A stretch of 64,000 bases of DNA. It comes from Mobula hypostoma (lineage: Eukaryota). Below are positions 38,901-52,659 of the stretch, piece by piece. The DNA is taken from contig NC_086097.1 in assembly GCF_963921235.1 (NCBI RefSeq), forward strand, positions 254,388,001 through 254,452,000. Direction: 5' to 3'. The translations under genes were made by a program, and so were the position numbers. How positions within the stretch are numbered: position 1 is the stretch's first letter; the number at the start of each line of letters is the position of its first letter. Under the pieces are notes generated by a model. That model made no database searches. It saw only the letters and a list, made by a program, of their open reading frames with translations, and had not been told where the DNA came from.

Positions 38901-41900
38901 ATCTCAGAGTCAATTTTATATACATGGTGATAAATCAGATAAATTACTGGCCAACCAATTGAAAGCTACTTCGGCTAAACGTCAGATTATTAAAGTTTGT
39001 AATCAGGATGGTACATTGATGGTTGATCACGAAATTAATAAAGCTTTCAAGAATTCCATATCTCTTTATACCAATCAGAATTCCTGATGATTCTACCATA
39101 ATGCATGAATTTTTAAGAAAATTGAATATTCCGAAATTACCACTTAATGAATGTCTAACATTACATGAACCTATTATGGAAGAAGAAATAAAGAAAGCAA
39201 TTTCTTTGATGAATTCTGGTAAAGCACCCGGCCTAGATGAGTATACAGTAGAATTTTTAAAATCTTTTTCAAGTCTACTGTCTCCTTGGCTATGTAGAAT
39301 TTTTAAGGATGCCGTATTTGTAGGTAAATTACCACAATTCTTTTATGAAGCATCTATTTCTTTAATTCCTAAAAGATAAAGACCCCACTGAATGTGCACC
39401 GTATAGACCTATATCCTTGTTGAATGTGAACTCCAAAATCTTTTCCAAAATATTAGCAATTAGATTGGAAAATGTATTGCCACAGATTGTTTCTGATGAC
39501 CAGACAGGATTTGTTAATAATCATTATCCGTATTTTAATGTTAGGAGGTTGATGAACATTGTATATACTTCTTCACCTAAAACTCCAGAATGTGTTATTT
39601 CACTTGCCGCCGAGAAGGCGTTTGATAGAGTTGAATGGGAATATTTATTTAACATCCTTGAGAAATTCAATTTTAGCCCAAAATTCATATCTTGGATTAA
39701 ATTGATATATCATACACCTTTGACTTCTGGACTTACTAATAATCAGAGATCCCTTTTTTTTTAGGCTTTTTCGAGGTACTAGACAGGGCTGTCCTTTCAG
39801 CCCTTTACAATTTGATATTGCCTTGGAGCCCTTGGCAATCGCTCTTCATGATTCACCCAATATATTTGGCATTATTCGTGGGAATGAGACGCGTAAGGTA
39901 TCATTATATGCAGATGACCTGTTACTATACATCTCTAATCCAGAGAAATCTATTCCTGCAGTAATATTATTACTTGCTTAGTTTAGTAGATTTTCTGGTT
40001 ATAAATTGAATCTTAATAAGAGTGAGCTTTTCCCATTAAATATGCAAGTTCCAATCTATAGACAATCACCATTTAGACTGGTTACTGATTATTTTACTTA
40101 TTTGGGTGTTAAAATTACTAAGAAGCATAAGGATCTATTTAAAGTTAACTTTTTACCCTTAATTGATCATGTTAAACAACTGCTTACTAAATAGTCCCCA
40201 TTGTCCCTATCATTGATTGGTCGAATCAATGCTATTAAGATGATTATTTTACCTAGATTTCTGTATCTATTTCAGGTGGTACCAATCTTTATCTCTAAAT
40301 CCTTTTTGGTATTATTGATTCTTAAATTTCTTCATATATATGGCAGAATAAAAATCCTAGGTTAAGTAAGAAATATTTACAGAAATTTAAAAAATGGCAA
40401 TTTGGCATTGCCGAACTTTAGTTCTATTATTGGGCAATTAGTATTCGATACCTAACGTTCTGGACGCAAGATTTGGATGAAATTCAATATCCACGATGGG
40501 TGAATCTCGAGTGTGAGTCAGTACATGGTTCTTATTGGCTTCTATTTTAGGGGCTTCGCTTCCCTTTGCACTTATTAAACTGAATAAACAAACGATTAAT
40601 CCAATAACTAAACATATAATACGAATATGGTTTCAATTTCGTAAATTTTTTGGATTGAATAAATTTATTCTATCAAGTCCTATTATATCCAATTTTTTCT
40701 TCCAACCATTCAGAACTGATCAAGCTTTTCTTTTATGGAAAACAAAGGGAATAACATGTTTTCGTGATTTATTCATGGATAATTGTCTCATGTCCTTTGA
40801 ACAGTTGTCTGATAAATATAATTTGCCTAGATCACATTTTTTCAGATATTTACAGATTAGAAACTTTTTGAAGGTTATTTTACCTACTTTTCCGATATCA
40901 CATCAAACTGAAATTACAGAAAATTTTTTAGGTTTAAACCCCTATCAAAAGAGTTTAATAGCAATGGTTTATGATTTAATTCTGAAAATACGTTTAGGTA
41001 TGTCTGATAAAATTAAGAATGAATGGGAAACAGAACTTCATGTACCTTTACCTATACAGAAATGGGAGAAAACTCTCCAACTAGTTAACACTTCTTCAAT
41101 GTGTGCTAGACACGCTTTGATACAATTTAAGGTGGGTCACGGGGCCCATATGTCTAAGGATAAGTCAGCTTGTTTTTATGGTCATAAAATCCTGTCTGTG
41201 ACGGATGTAATTCTGAGGTAGCTTCCTTGACACATATGTTTTGGACATGTCCTTTTTTGAAAAAATATTGGAAAGATATTTTTGACATTATTTCAGTAGT
41301 TTTACGTATTGATTTACAACCTCATCCTATTACTGAAATTTTTGGATTACCAGCGATAGACTCTATTCATTTATCCCCTTCAGCTTGTCGTTTGATTGCA
41401 TTTGTTACATTAATAGCCAGAAGATCCATTTTATTTAAATGGCAAGATTCTAATCCCCCTACTACATTTCAATGGTTTTCCCAAACTATAACATGTTTAA
41501 ACTTGGAGTGGTACCACTGATCCTTCGGTTAAATTTGAAGAAACTTTGAGGCCATTTATTCAACATTTTCTTATGATGTAAGCTGACCTTTTCTGAATCC
41601 TTTTTAATAACTTTTTGTTTGTGTATAGAGGAGCAGAGTTAATGACAAATAATGATTTTAACAGATGAAATATGGCAGCCCAGTTTCTGTTTTGTGTTTT
41701 TTTAGTGTAGGGGTAAAAACTTTTTTTTGAATCTTTTTCATGTTCAACTATTAAGAGATTGGGAGGTTTAAATTAAATATGTTACTCGGAGTCTGTGTCT
41801 GTATACGTTAATCATTATTAATGTAATCCCGATCTCTTTGTATCATTATCATTGTTATGTTTATCAACTTGAAACTCAATAAAAAAGATTGAAAAAGAAA

Positions 41901-41910
41901 GAAAGAAAGA
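35981..41910 (+). mobile_element. Near full-length decayed L1-clade LINE, antisense to CABLES1
   Basis: ORF1 from 36127 (coiled coil, SRRQNLRIIGLSE, ILDRAH, ILRFH); ORF2 from 37843 (NFVSWN, FAQETH, GGDFN, SRIDY, GKAPGLD, AEKAFDRVEW, RGTRQGCP, YADD, HMFWTC); A-rich tail; possible AGAAATT duplication at 35974-35980 and 41908-41914. Confidence 0.9.
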
Positions 41911-42379
41911 AATTCACTTTCCCACTCTCCCCTCAATTTGTGGCAGCTCGACAGCAGGAAAAATTTTTGAAGGACAAACAAACAGAATCATTAATCGACC
42001 AACAGAGCGGAGCAAGCAGCCCCAGTTTCCCATCAACAACCTCACAGCAGGAGAGACAAGACATCAGTGGCGGACAGCTTCAAAGTTAATTAACAGACTG
42101 GGCCATTGCTTCTGCTGTGGAAAATCTGCTCTGCTTATCCGGTAAATAACCAGCAACATAATCCAAACCAACGCATATAGTGTGTGTGGTGATGACACAC
42201 ACCTGCCACTGACCAAGGTCTAAGCTCTACAAAGTGTTTGTCTCTTTCACTGATTAACCTTTTTAGGGGATAGCTCAGGAGAGAGGCAATGTTTTAGAAA
42301 TATACATGATGTGAAATTCTGATGAATCTTGGCTGGACAGATTGAAAACAAATCTCAGGGTCATATTTGGTGATACACA

Positions 42380-42856
42380 CAGTGCTGTGCAATAGTTTTA
42401 GGCACATATGTATAGCTAGGGTACCACAGACCTTTGCACAGTACTGTAGTAATTTTATGTGTTGCACTGTACTGCTGCCACAAAAAAAAACAATATTTCA
42501 TGACATATGTGAGTGATGACAGACCTGATTCTGATATGAGTCTCTATTGTGGACTGGGAGTGGGAAAGGGAGAGGGGAGGGAGCAGGAAGCACAGACAGA
42601 CACTCTGTAATGATCAATAAACCAATTGTTTGGAATCAAGTGAGCTTGCCTGGTGCTCAGGGCTGGGTGTGTCTGCACCCACTCCACCTCCTGCCACCTG
42701 TCCCTCACCCCTCCCCAGGCACTCCACCCTCACCATTCACAATATCCTTTGCACCCACAAGATTTACTGACTCACTCTGCTCCACACTGACAAACACTGG
42801 TCTGTGTACAGGTCTCAGATACCCTAGCTGTATATATGTGCCTCAGACAGTACTGT
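42380..42856. mobile_element. Tc1/mariner-like mini-MITE pair
   Basis: CAGTGCTGTGCAA...TTGCACAGTACTG|TA at 42380-42446; the internal segment recurs inverted at about 42815-42856. Confidence 0.5.
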
Positions 42857-43139
42857 ATGTACCTTGATAATGAATTTATTTTGAACTTTGAGAATCCTTT
42901 ATGGCAGTATTGCCAAATTCCAGGCATTGGAGATATACTGTTGTTGTGGCTAATGTTACATGTACAGAAAGACACAAATTTACAAATTTAGAGCAAAGAA
43001 CAACACAGTACATGCCATTTGATTGCACCGACCATCGAAAACCTACTCCACTCTTTCAGAAAGGAGGAAGCAGAAAGGAAACTATAGACCAGTTAGACTG
43101 ACCCCAGTGGTTGGAAAGATACATGTTAGGTAGAGCGAA

Positions 43140-44772
43140 ATACATGTTAGTAGGGAAGTAGTGTTAGGTAAATTGAAGGGATTGAAGGCAGATAAATCCC
43201 CAGGGCCAGATGGTCTGCATCCCAGAGTGCTTAAGGAAGTAGCCCAAGAAATAGTGGATGCATTAGTGATAATTTTTCAAAACTCGTTAGATTCTGGACT
43301 AGTTCCTGAGGATTGGAGGGTGGCTAATGTAACCCCACTTTTTAAAAAAGGAGGGAGAGAGAAACCGGAGAATTATAGACCAGTTAGCCTAACATCGGTG
43401 GTGGGGAAACTGCTGGAGTCAGTTATCAAAGATGTGATAACAGTACATTTGGAAAGCGGTGAAATCATCGGACAAAGTCAGCATGGATTTGTGAGAGGAA
43501 AGTCATGTCTGACGAATCTCATAGAATTTTTTGAGGATGTAACTAGTAGAGTGGATGGGGAGAACCAGTGGATGTGGTATATTTGGATTTTCAAAAGGCT
43601 ATTGACAAGGTCCCACACAGGAGATTAGTGTGCAAACTTAAAGCACACGGTATTGGGGGTAAGGTATTGATGTGGATAGAGAATTGGTTAGCAGACAGGA
43701 AGCAAAGAGTGGGAATAAACAGGACCTTTTCAGAATGGCAGGCGGTGACTAGTGGGGTACCGCAAGGCTCAGTGCTGGGACCCCAGTTGTTTACAATATA
43801 TCTTAATGACCTGGATGAGGGAATTAAATGCAGCATCTCCAAGTTTGCGGATGACACGAAGCTGGGCGGCAGTGTTAGCTGTGAGGAGGATGCTAAGAGG
43901 ATGCAGAGTGACTTGGATAGGTTGGGTGAGTGGGCAAATTCATGGCAGATGCAATTTAATGTGGATAAATGTGAAGTTATCCACTTTGGTGGCAAAAATA
44001 GGAAAACAGATTATTATCCGAATGGTGGCCGATTAGGAAAAGGGGAGGTGCAACGAGACCTGGGTGTCATTATACACCAGTCATTGAAAGTGGGCGTGCA
44101 GGTACAGCAGGCATTGAAAAAGGCGAATGGTATGCTGGCATTTATAGCAAGAGGATTCGAGTACAGGAGCAGGGAGGTACTACTGCAGTTGTACAAGGCC
44201 TTGGTGAGACCACACCTGGAGTATTGTGTGCAGTTTTGGTCCCCTAATCTGAGGAAAGACATCCTTGCCATAGAGGGAGTACAAAGAAGGTTCACCAGAT
44301 TGATTCCTGGGATGGCAGGACTTTCATATGAAGAAAGACTGGATGAACTAGGCTTGTACTCGTTGGAATTTAGAAGATTATGGGGGGATCTGATTGAAAC
44401 GTATAAAATCCTAAAGGGATTGGACAGGCTAGATGCGGGAAGATTGTTCCCGATGTTGGGGAAGTCCAGAACGAGGGGTCACAGTTTGAGGATAAAGGGG
44501 AAGCCTTTTAGGACTGAGATTAGGAAAAACTTCTTCACACAGAGAGTGGTGAATCTGTGGAATTCTCTGCCACAGGAAACAGTTGAGGCCAGTTCATTGG
44601 CTATATTTAAGAGGGAGTTAGATATGGCCCTTGTGGCTAGGGGGATCAGAGGGTATGGAGGGAAGGCTGGTGCAGGGTTCTGAGTTGGATGATCAGCCAA
44701 GATCATAATAAATGGCGGTGCAGGCTCGAAGGGCCGAATGGCCTACTCCTGCACCTATTTTCTATGTTTCTA
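43140..44772 (+). mobile_element. Young 5'-truncated CR1, same subfamily as 33290-35220
   Basis: 371-aa RT ORF with GVPQGSVLGP and KFADD, plus 3' UTR. Confidence 0.92.
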
Positions 44773-44775
44773 TAT

Positions 44776-46560
44776 CGGAGTCAATTGTTAAGGATGAGGT
44801 TCTGGAGGACTTGGTGACACAGGACAAGATAGGACAAAGTCAGCATGGTTTTCCTGATGAAGAATCTTGCCTGATGAGCCTTTTGGAATTCTTTGAGGAG
44901 ATTACAAGTAGGATAGATGAAGGGGATGCAGTCAGCATTGTATATTTGGACTTCCAGAAGGCTTTTGACAAGGTGCCACACATGAGGCTACTTACCAAGT
45001 TAAGAGCCCATGGAATTGCAGAAAAGTTACTGGCATGGTTAGAGCATTGGCTGATTGGTAGGTGGTAGCAAGTAGGAATAAATCAATCCTTTTCTGGTTG
45101 GCTACAGTGACTAGTGCTGTTCTGCAGGGGTCAGTGTTGGGACCACTTCTTTTTATGCTGTATATCAATAATTTAGATGATAGAATAGATGCCTTTGTTG
45201 CCAATTTTGCAGATGATACGAAGATTGGTGGGGGAGCAGATCATGTAGAGGAAACAAGTAGGCTGCAGAATAACTTATACATAGAAACATAGAAAACCTT
45301 CAGCACAATACAGGCCCTTCGGCCCACAGAGCTGTGCCGAACATGTCCTTACCTTAGAAATTACCAAGGGTTACCCATAGCCCTCTATTTTTCTGAGCTC
45401 CAGGTACCTATCCAGGAATCTCTTAAAAGAACCCATCGTATCTGCCTCCACCACTGTCGCCAGCAGCCCATTCCACACACTCACCACTCTCTGCGTAAAA
45501 AACTTACCCCTGACATCTCCTCTGTACCTGCTTCCAAGCACCTTAAAACTGTGCCTTCTCGTGCTAGGCATTTAAGCCCTGGGAGAAAGCCTCTGCCTAT
45601 CCACATGATCAATGCCTCTTATCATCCTACACACCTCTACCAGGTCACCTCTCATCCTCCGTTGCTCCAAGGAAAAAAGGCCGAGTTCACTCAATCTATT
45701 CTGATAAGGCATGCTCCCCAATCCAGGCAACATCCTTGTAAATCTCCTCTGCACGCTTTCTATGGTTTCCACGTCCTTCCTGTAGTGAGGCGACCAGAAC
45801 TGAGCACAGTACTCCAAGTGGGGTCTGACCAGGGTCCTATATAGCTGCAACATTACCTCTCGGCTCTTAAACTCAATCCCACGATTGATGAAGGCCAATG
45901 CACCGTATGCTTTCTTAACCACAGTGACAACCTGTGCAGCAGCTTTGAGTGTCCTATGGACTCAGACTCCAAGATCCCTCTGATCCTCCACACTGCCAAG
46001 AGTCTTAACATTAATACTATATTCTATCATCATATTTGACCTACCAAAATGAACCACTTCACACTTATCTGGATTGAACTCCATCTGCCACTTCTCAGCC
46101 CAGATTTGCATTCTATCAATGTCCTGCTATAACCTCTGACAGCCCTCCACACTGTCCACCACACCCCCAACCTTTGTGTCATCAGCACATTTATTAACCC
46201 ATCCCTCCATTTCTTCATCTAGGTTATTTATAAAAATCACGAAGAGTAGGGGTCCCAGAACAGATCCCCGAGGCACACCTGCAGAATATGACCCATTTAC
46301 AACCACTGTTTGCCTTCTGTGGGCAAGTCAATTCTGGATCCACAAAGCAATGTCCCCTTGGATCCCATGCCTCCTTACTTTCTCAATAAGCCTTATCAAA
46401 TGTCTTGCTGAAATCCATATACACGACATCTACCACTCTACCATCATCAATGTGTTTAGTCACATCCTCAAAAAATTCAATCAGGCTTGTAAGGCACAAT
46501 CTGCCTTTGACAAAGCCATGCTGACTATTCATAATCATATTATGCCTCTCCAGATGTTCA
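44776..46560. mobile_element. Adjacent CR1 fragments: + strand 44776-45280, - strand 45283-46560
   Basis: YLDFQKAFDKVPH and NFADDTK on the + strand; LYRTLVRPHLEYC on the - strand. Confidence 0.8.
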
Positions 46561-46749
46561 TAAGCTTTCTACCTAACTCTCTAAATTCTTTTTCAGGACC
46601 TCATTGCTTTTCCTCCTATGTGACTGGTTCCAATACGTATCCCCCTCCATTAACTAAATACTTCCCTATATAGTCTGCTCCTATTCCTGTCTGAGGCTTA
46701 GTAAAGATAGGGGGAGTTGTGGTCACTATCACAGAGTTATAATAATGTA

Positions 46750-48870
46750 CAGTGCAAAAACAGGCCCTGTATCTAGTCCATGCCGAAACCATTTAAACTG
46801 CCTACTCCCACTAACCTGCATTGGGACCATAGCCCTCCATATCCCTATCATCTACATACCTATCCAAGCTTTGCTTAATTGTTGAAATTACGCTCACATG
46901 CACCACCTAGTCTGGCAGCTTGTTCCACACTCTCATGACTCTCTGAATGAAGAAGTTTCCCTTCATATCCCCTTTAAACTTTTCATAGAAACATAGAAAA
47001 TAGGTGCAGGAGTAGGCCATTCGGCCCTTCGAGCCTGCACCGCCATTTATTATGATCATGGCTGATCATCCAACTCAGAACCCAGCCTTCCCTCCATACC
47101 CCCTGACCCCTGTAGCCACAAGGGCCATATCTAACTTCCTTTTAAACATAGCTAATGAACTGGCCTCAACAGTTTGCTGTGGCAGAGAATTCCACAGATT
47201 CACCACTCTCTGTGTGAAGAAGTTTTTCCTAACCTCGGTCCTAAAAGGCTTCCCCTCTATCCTCAAACTGTGACCCCTCGTTCTGGACCTCCCCAACATC
47301 GGGAACAATCTTCCCGCATCTAGCCTGTCCAATCCCTTTAGGATCTTATACGTTTCACCTTTCATTCTTAACCCATGACCTCTGGTTGTAGTGCAACCCA
47401 ATCTCAGTGCAAACGTCCTGCTGGCATTTGTCCTGTCTACACCCCTCATAATTTTGTATACCTCTATCAAATCTCCCAAATGCAGAGGTTGTTTACGAGT
47501 AAAGTCGTAATTCATTCAAGCTTTCCTTGCAACTCATGTCATCTAATCCCAGCAGCATCTTGTAAATTTTCTGTGTACTCTTTCAACCTTATTTACATCT
47601 TTTCTGTGGGTAGGTAACCAAACTGCACGCAATACCAGACATCCCACCCTGCAAAAGCTCATTTCAGAGAGGTAGCACCATCAATTTGCAGGAGACTCCC
47701 AGAACTTCCAGGAGAGGTGGGATGTCTGCAATAGAGTAGCTCCTTAGCAGCTAGCCAGCTAGTTTAAATAACGTTAGCTATGCTAATGAATGAATAAACT
47801 CACTTCAACATTTTACAGTCTTAACCCATCATGGGCAATAGAAAAGTCACTGTTGCAAACAGTGCAGCAAGCAACACTGTCATTATTTTTGATCCCTATT
47901 AGGCAGGGGTACACTTTGGTGTAGTCTGGGGTGAAGTACGTTTTATTTTTTATTTTTTTGGAACATTCTGCCATGGCGCTCTCTCTCTCTCCCTCTCGCA
48001 CTCTCTCTCACTCGCTCTCTCTTGTGCTCTCTCTTGCTCTCTCTCTCGCTCCAAAAAAAATCGATTTCCGGGATATTGTATATAATTTGCAGGCATCAGG
48101 GAGCCGCTATCAATATGTGGGAGACTCCCGCAACTTCCGGGAGAGGTGGGATGTCTGCAATACTCCAAATTGGACCTCACCAACATCTTATACAACTTCA
48201 ACATAACATTCTATGTCCTGTACATAATATTTTGATTTATTAAGACCAATGTGCCAAAAGCCTTCTTTACGACCCTATCTCGCTGTGACATCACTTTCAA
48301 ACATTATGGACCTGTTTTCCCAGATCCCTTTGTCCTACCACAATTCTCACTGTGTAAGACCTGCCCTGGTTGGTCCTACCAAAGTGCAAAACCCTGCACT
48401 TGTCTGCATTAAATTCCATCTGCTATGTTTCAGCCCATTTTTCCAGCTGGTCCAGATCCCGCTGCACGCACTGATGGCCTTCCTCACGGTCCACTACACC
48501 CCTAATCTTGATGTCATCCGCAAATTTGCTGATCCATTTAACTGCTTTATCATCCAGATCATTGATACAGATGGCAAACAACAATGGACCCAGCACCGAT
48601 CCATGTGGACCCACAGGCCTCCAGTCAAAAAGGCCACCATCTACTAATTTCCTCCGAAAATTCTATAAAATTGGTCAAACATGACCTGCAATGAACAAAG
48701 CCACATTGACTATCCTTAATCAGTTCACATCTATCCAAATACTTATCTACCTGGTCCCTTAGAACACCTTCCAAGAAATTTCCCACTACTGATATCAGGC
48801 TTACCGGCCTGTAAGTATCCGGGTTTATTATTAGAGCCTTTCATAAACAGTGGAACAGCATAAGCAGTGC
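46750..48870 (-). mobile_element. Old CR1 hosting a young CR1 tail (about 46985-47352) and a hAT derivative
   Basis: GSVLGPLLFAICIND...KFADD; LYKMLVRSNLEYC is split by the DNA element. Confidence 0.75.
47636..48157 (-). mobile_element. Non-autonomous hAT-like DNA transposon
   Basis: 13-bp TIR CAGACATCCCACC / GGTGGGATGTCTG; CAATAC duplicated at 47630-47635 and 48158-48163; internal minus-strand YPCL...ACCTVCNSDFSIAHDG resembles an N-terminal transposase zinc finger. Confidence 0.8.
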
Positions 48871-48874
48871 TCCA

Positions 48875-50460
48875 TCACACACATAAAATGCTGCAGGAGC
48901 TCAGCCAGCTAGGCAGCATCAATGGAACGGAATAGAGAGAGTTATCAGTACTGGAAAGGAAAAGGAGTGAGCGTAAGACGGTAAGGGGAGGGGAGAGGGA
49001 AGTGCAAAATGGCAGGTGATAGGAGAAGGGGAGGGGTGAAGCAAAAAGCTGGGAAGTTGATTGGTGAAAGAAATAAAGGGCTGGAGAAAGGAGGAATCTG
49101 AAGGAGAGAACAGAAGACCATGGAAGAAAGGGAAGCAAGAGAAGCATCAGAGGGAGGTGTTGGTGAGGTAAGGAGATAAGACCAGAGAGGGAAACAGGAA
49201 TGGGGAATGGTGAAGGAGAGGAGGGGCTGGGGTAATTACCTGAAGTTGGAGAAATCAATGTTCATGCCAGCAGGTTGGAGGCTACCCAGACAGAACATAA
49301 GATGTTGCTCCTCCAACCTGAGCATGGCCTCATCATGGCAGCGGAGGAGGCCATGGATTGAAATGTTGGAATGGGAATGGGAAGTACAATTGAAAAGGGT
49401 GGCCACCGGGAGATCTCACTTCCAGTGGCCTTCAGAGCAAAGGTGCTCGACAAAGCAGCCTTCCAATCTACGTCAGGTCTCACTGATACACGGGAAGCCA
49501 GCCCAGGAGCACCAGATACAGTAGATTGCCCCAACAGACTCGCAGGTGGAGTGTTGCCTCACCTGGAAGAACTGTTTGTGGTTCTGAATGCTAGTGAGGG
49601 AGGAGGTGTACTGGCAGAGTTTGACAGATTCTTGATTCGTCAGGGCATGAAGGGATACAGGGAGAAGGCAGGAGATCGAGGAGGCTGAGAAGAAAATTGC
49701 AAGGCCATGATGAAAAACAGATTCGATGGGCTAAATGACCTAATTCTGCTCCAATACTTCATAGTCTTATAGAAATGGAAGAGATGCGGCCGAGGGCGGC
49801 ATTGGTGGTGGAGGAAGGAAAGCCTCTTGCTTTGAAGATGGAGAGCATTTCAGTAGTTCTGGAATGAAAAGCCTCATCCTGAGAGCAGATGTGGTGGAGA
49901 GAGAGGAACTGAGAGATGGGGATGGTATTTTTACAAGTGACAGGGTGGGAAGAGGTATAGTCCAGGTAGAGTCAATAGGTTTATAAAAGATATCAGGAGA
50001 AAGACAGTCTCCAAAGATGGAGACAGAGAGATTGAGAAAGGGGAGAGAGAGACCATGTAAATTTGAGGGCAGGGTGGAAGTTGGAGGTAAAGTTGATGAA
50101 ATCGACAAGCTGAATTTCCCCCGGGATCAATAAAGTGTGACTATGACTATGACTAGGAGCAGGAAGCAACGTCAGTGCAGTCATCAATGCAGCGTAGAAA
50201 GAGTTGGGGAGCAATGCCGGTGTAGACTTGGGACATGGACTGCTCCTCATAGCTGATGAAATGGCAGGCATAGCTGAGACCCATGTGGGTGCCCAGAGCT
50301 ACACCTGTGGTTTGAAGAAAGTGGGAGGAGCAGAAGGAGAAATGATTGAGGGTGCGAACGAGTTCCACCCGACGGAGGAGATTGGCGGTGGTGCCCTGAG
50401 TTCACCCAGCATTTTGTGTACGTTGCTTGCGATTTCCAGCAGCTGCAGATTTTGTCATGT
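48875..50460 (-). mobile_element. Penelope-like retroelement fragment (RT and GIY-YIG region)
   Basis: NHFSF...FLQTTGVALGTHMGLSYA, FLRCIDD, NFHPALKFTW, DIFYKPIDS; a CR1 tail is inserted at about 49615-49770. Confidence 0.8.
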
Positions 50461-50889
50461 TTGTTAACTGTCTCCAGTCTTCCTGTGCCTCACTTTCTAC
50501 CACACCTACTGTACATTGAAACATACAGTGAAATATGACATTATGTTTCTGAAACGTTCTCCCACTGAGAGTTCTGACACCTGACATGGTTCAATGCTGA
50601 GCACCAAATCCAATATAGATTCTCCTCCAGTCAGCTTGTCTAAATATTGTGTCAGGATTTCTTCCTGGACACACCAAACAAATTTCACCCATCGAAACCT
50701 TTTGCATGAAGGAGGTACCAATCAATATTAAGGAAGTTGACCTGACTAATTGAGAACCTGTCTACCTCTGCTTTAAATATACTCAGTAACTTGACCTCTG
50801 CAACCATCTGTGGCAATGGTCACCATCCTTGTGGTGACCAGAACTGCACTTTACAATTCATCTGTGGTCTAATTAGTGTTTAACAGAGT

Positions 50890-51580
50890 TACACCTGTAA
50901 ATGCCCATTGTGAACACTGTGAGCACTTTTGGACCAATTATTTGAGAAAGGATATGGAGAGGGTTCAGAGGAGGTTCACGAATATGATTCCAGGAATGAA
51001 AGAGTTAATGTATGAGGAGTGTTTGGGCCTGTAGTGCCGAAGTTCAGAAGAGTGAGAGGTGAAACTCACTGAAACCTATGAAATATTGAAAGCACTAGAT
51101 AGAGTGGATGTGGAGAGGATGTTTCCCATAGTGGTGGAGTCTCAGACCAGAGGGCACAGATAGAGTGAGTGTGGAGAGGATGTTTCCCATAGTGGTGGAG
51201 TCTAGGACCAGAGGGCACAGATAGAGTGGGTGTGGAGACGATGTCTCCTGTAGTGGGGAAGTCTCGGACCAGAGGGCACAGATAGAGTGAGTGTGGAGAG
51301 GATGTTTCCCATAGTGGGGGAGTCTAGGACCAGAGGACATAGCCTCAGTACAGAGGAACGGCCATTTAGAACAGAGATGGGGAGAAATTTCTTTAGCCAG
51401 AGGGTGGTGAATCTGTGGAACCTATTGCTATATATGGCTGTGGAGGCCAAATCATTTGATATATTTAAAGCGGAGGTTGATAGGTTCTCGATTAATAAGG
51501 GTGTCACTGACTACAGGGAGAAGGCATGAGAACGGGGTTGAGAGGGATAATAAATTGACCATGAAGGAGTGGTGGAGTGG
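50890..51580 (+). mobile_element. CR1 3' fragment with an internal 61-bp x4 tandem repeat
   Basis: ERMFPIVGESRTRGHSL...NFFSQRVVNLWN. Confidence 0.8.
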
Positions 51581-51629
51581 ACTCCACGGCCGCTCTTGTA
51601 TATTGGCAGCACTCCATTAGACCCTAACA

Positions 51630-52436
51630 CTATAAAACATAGGGACAGAAGTAGGCCATTCGACCCATTGATTCTAGTGTGCCATTCAATCATGCGCTGA
51701 TCCAATTCTTCCAGTCACCTCCACTCCTCTGCCTTCTCCCCATACCCTTTGATGCCCTGGCTAATCAAGAACCTATCTATCTCTGCCTTAAATACACCCA
51801 ATGACTTGGCCTGCACAGCCACTTGTGGCAACAAATTCCACAGATTTACCACCCTCTGACTAAAGTAATTTCTCTACATCTCTGTTCTAAATGGATGTCC
51901 TTCAATCCTGAAGTCTTGCACTCTTGTCCGAGACTCCCCTACCATGGGAAATAACTTTGCCGTATCTAATCTGTTCAGGCCTTTTAACATTCGGAATGTT
52001 TCTATGAGATCCCCTCTCCTTCTCCTGAACTCCAGGGAATACAGCCCAAAAGCTGCCAGATGTTCCTCATATGGTAACCCTTTCATTCCTGGAATCATTC
52101 TCATGAATCCTTTCTGGACCCTCTCCAATGTCAGTATATCCTTTCTAAAATAAGAGCCCAAAACTGCTCACAATACACCAAGTGTGGTCTCACGAGTGCC
52201 TTATAGAGCCTCAACATCACATCCCTGTGCTTGTATTCCATAACCTCCAGAAATGAATGCCAACATTGCATTTACCATCTTCGCCACAGACTCAACTTGG
52301 AGGTTAACCTTTAGGGTATCCTGCATAAGAGCTGTCAAGTCCCTTTGCATCTCTGCATTTTGAATTCTCTCTCCATCTAAATAATAGTCTGCCTGTTTAT
52401 TTCTTCCACCAAAGTACATGACCATACACTTTCCAT
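51630..52436 (-). mobile_element. CR1 3' fragment
   Basis: KDILTLERVQKGFMRMIPGMKGL...RGDLIETF. Confidence 0.85.
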
Positions 52437-52659
52437 CGTATGGTTTCCCAGCTGTTATAATCTATTCCCAGTCTAATAAAGACAGTTATGCTATTTGTGA
52501 GGATGCCGTGTTGGCACTATAATGTGTGTCGGCTCTTGCGGGCTGACCCCAGCACATCCTCGGGTTGTGCTAGTTGTTCACGCAAACGTCATATTTCACT
52601 GTAGAGTAGGCGTGCTAAATAAATCTGAATCTGCTTCTCAGCCACATAGACTACTGCCA

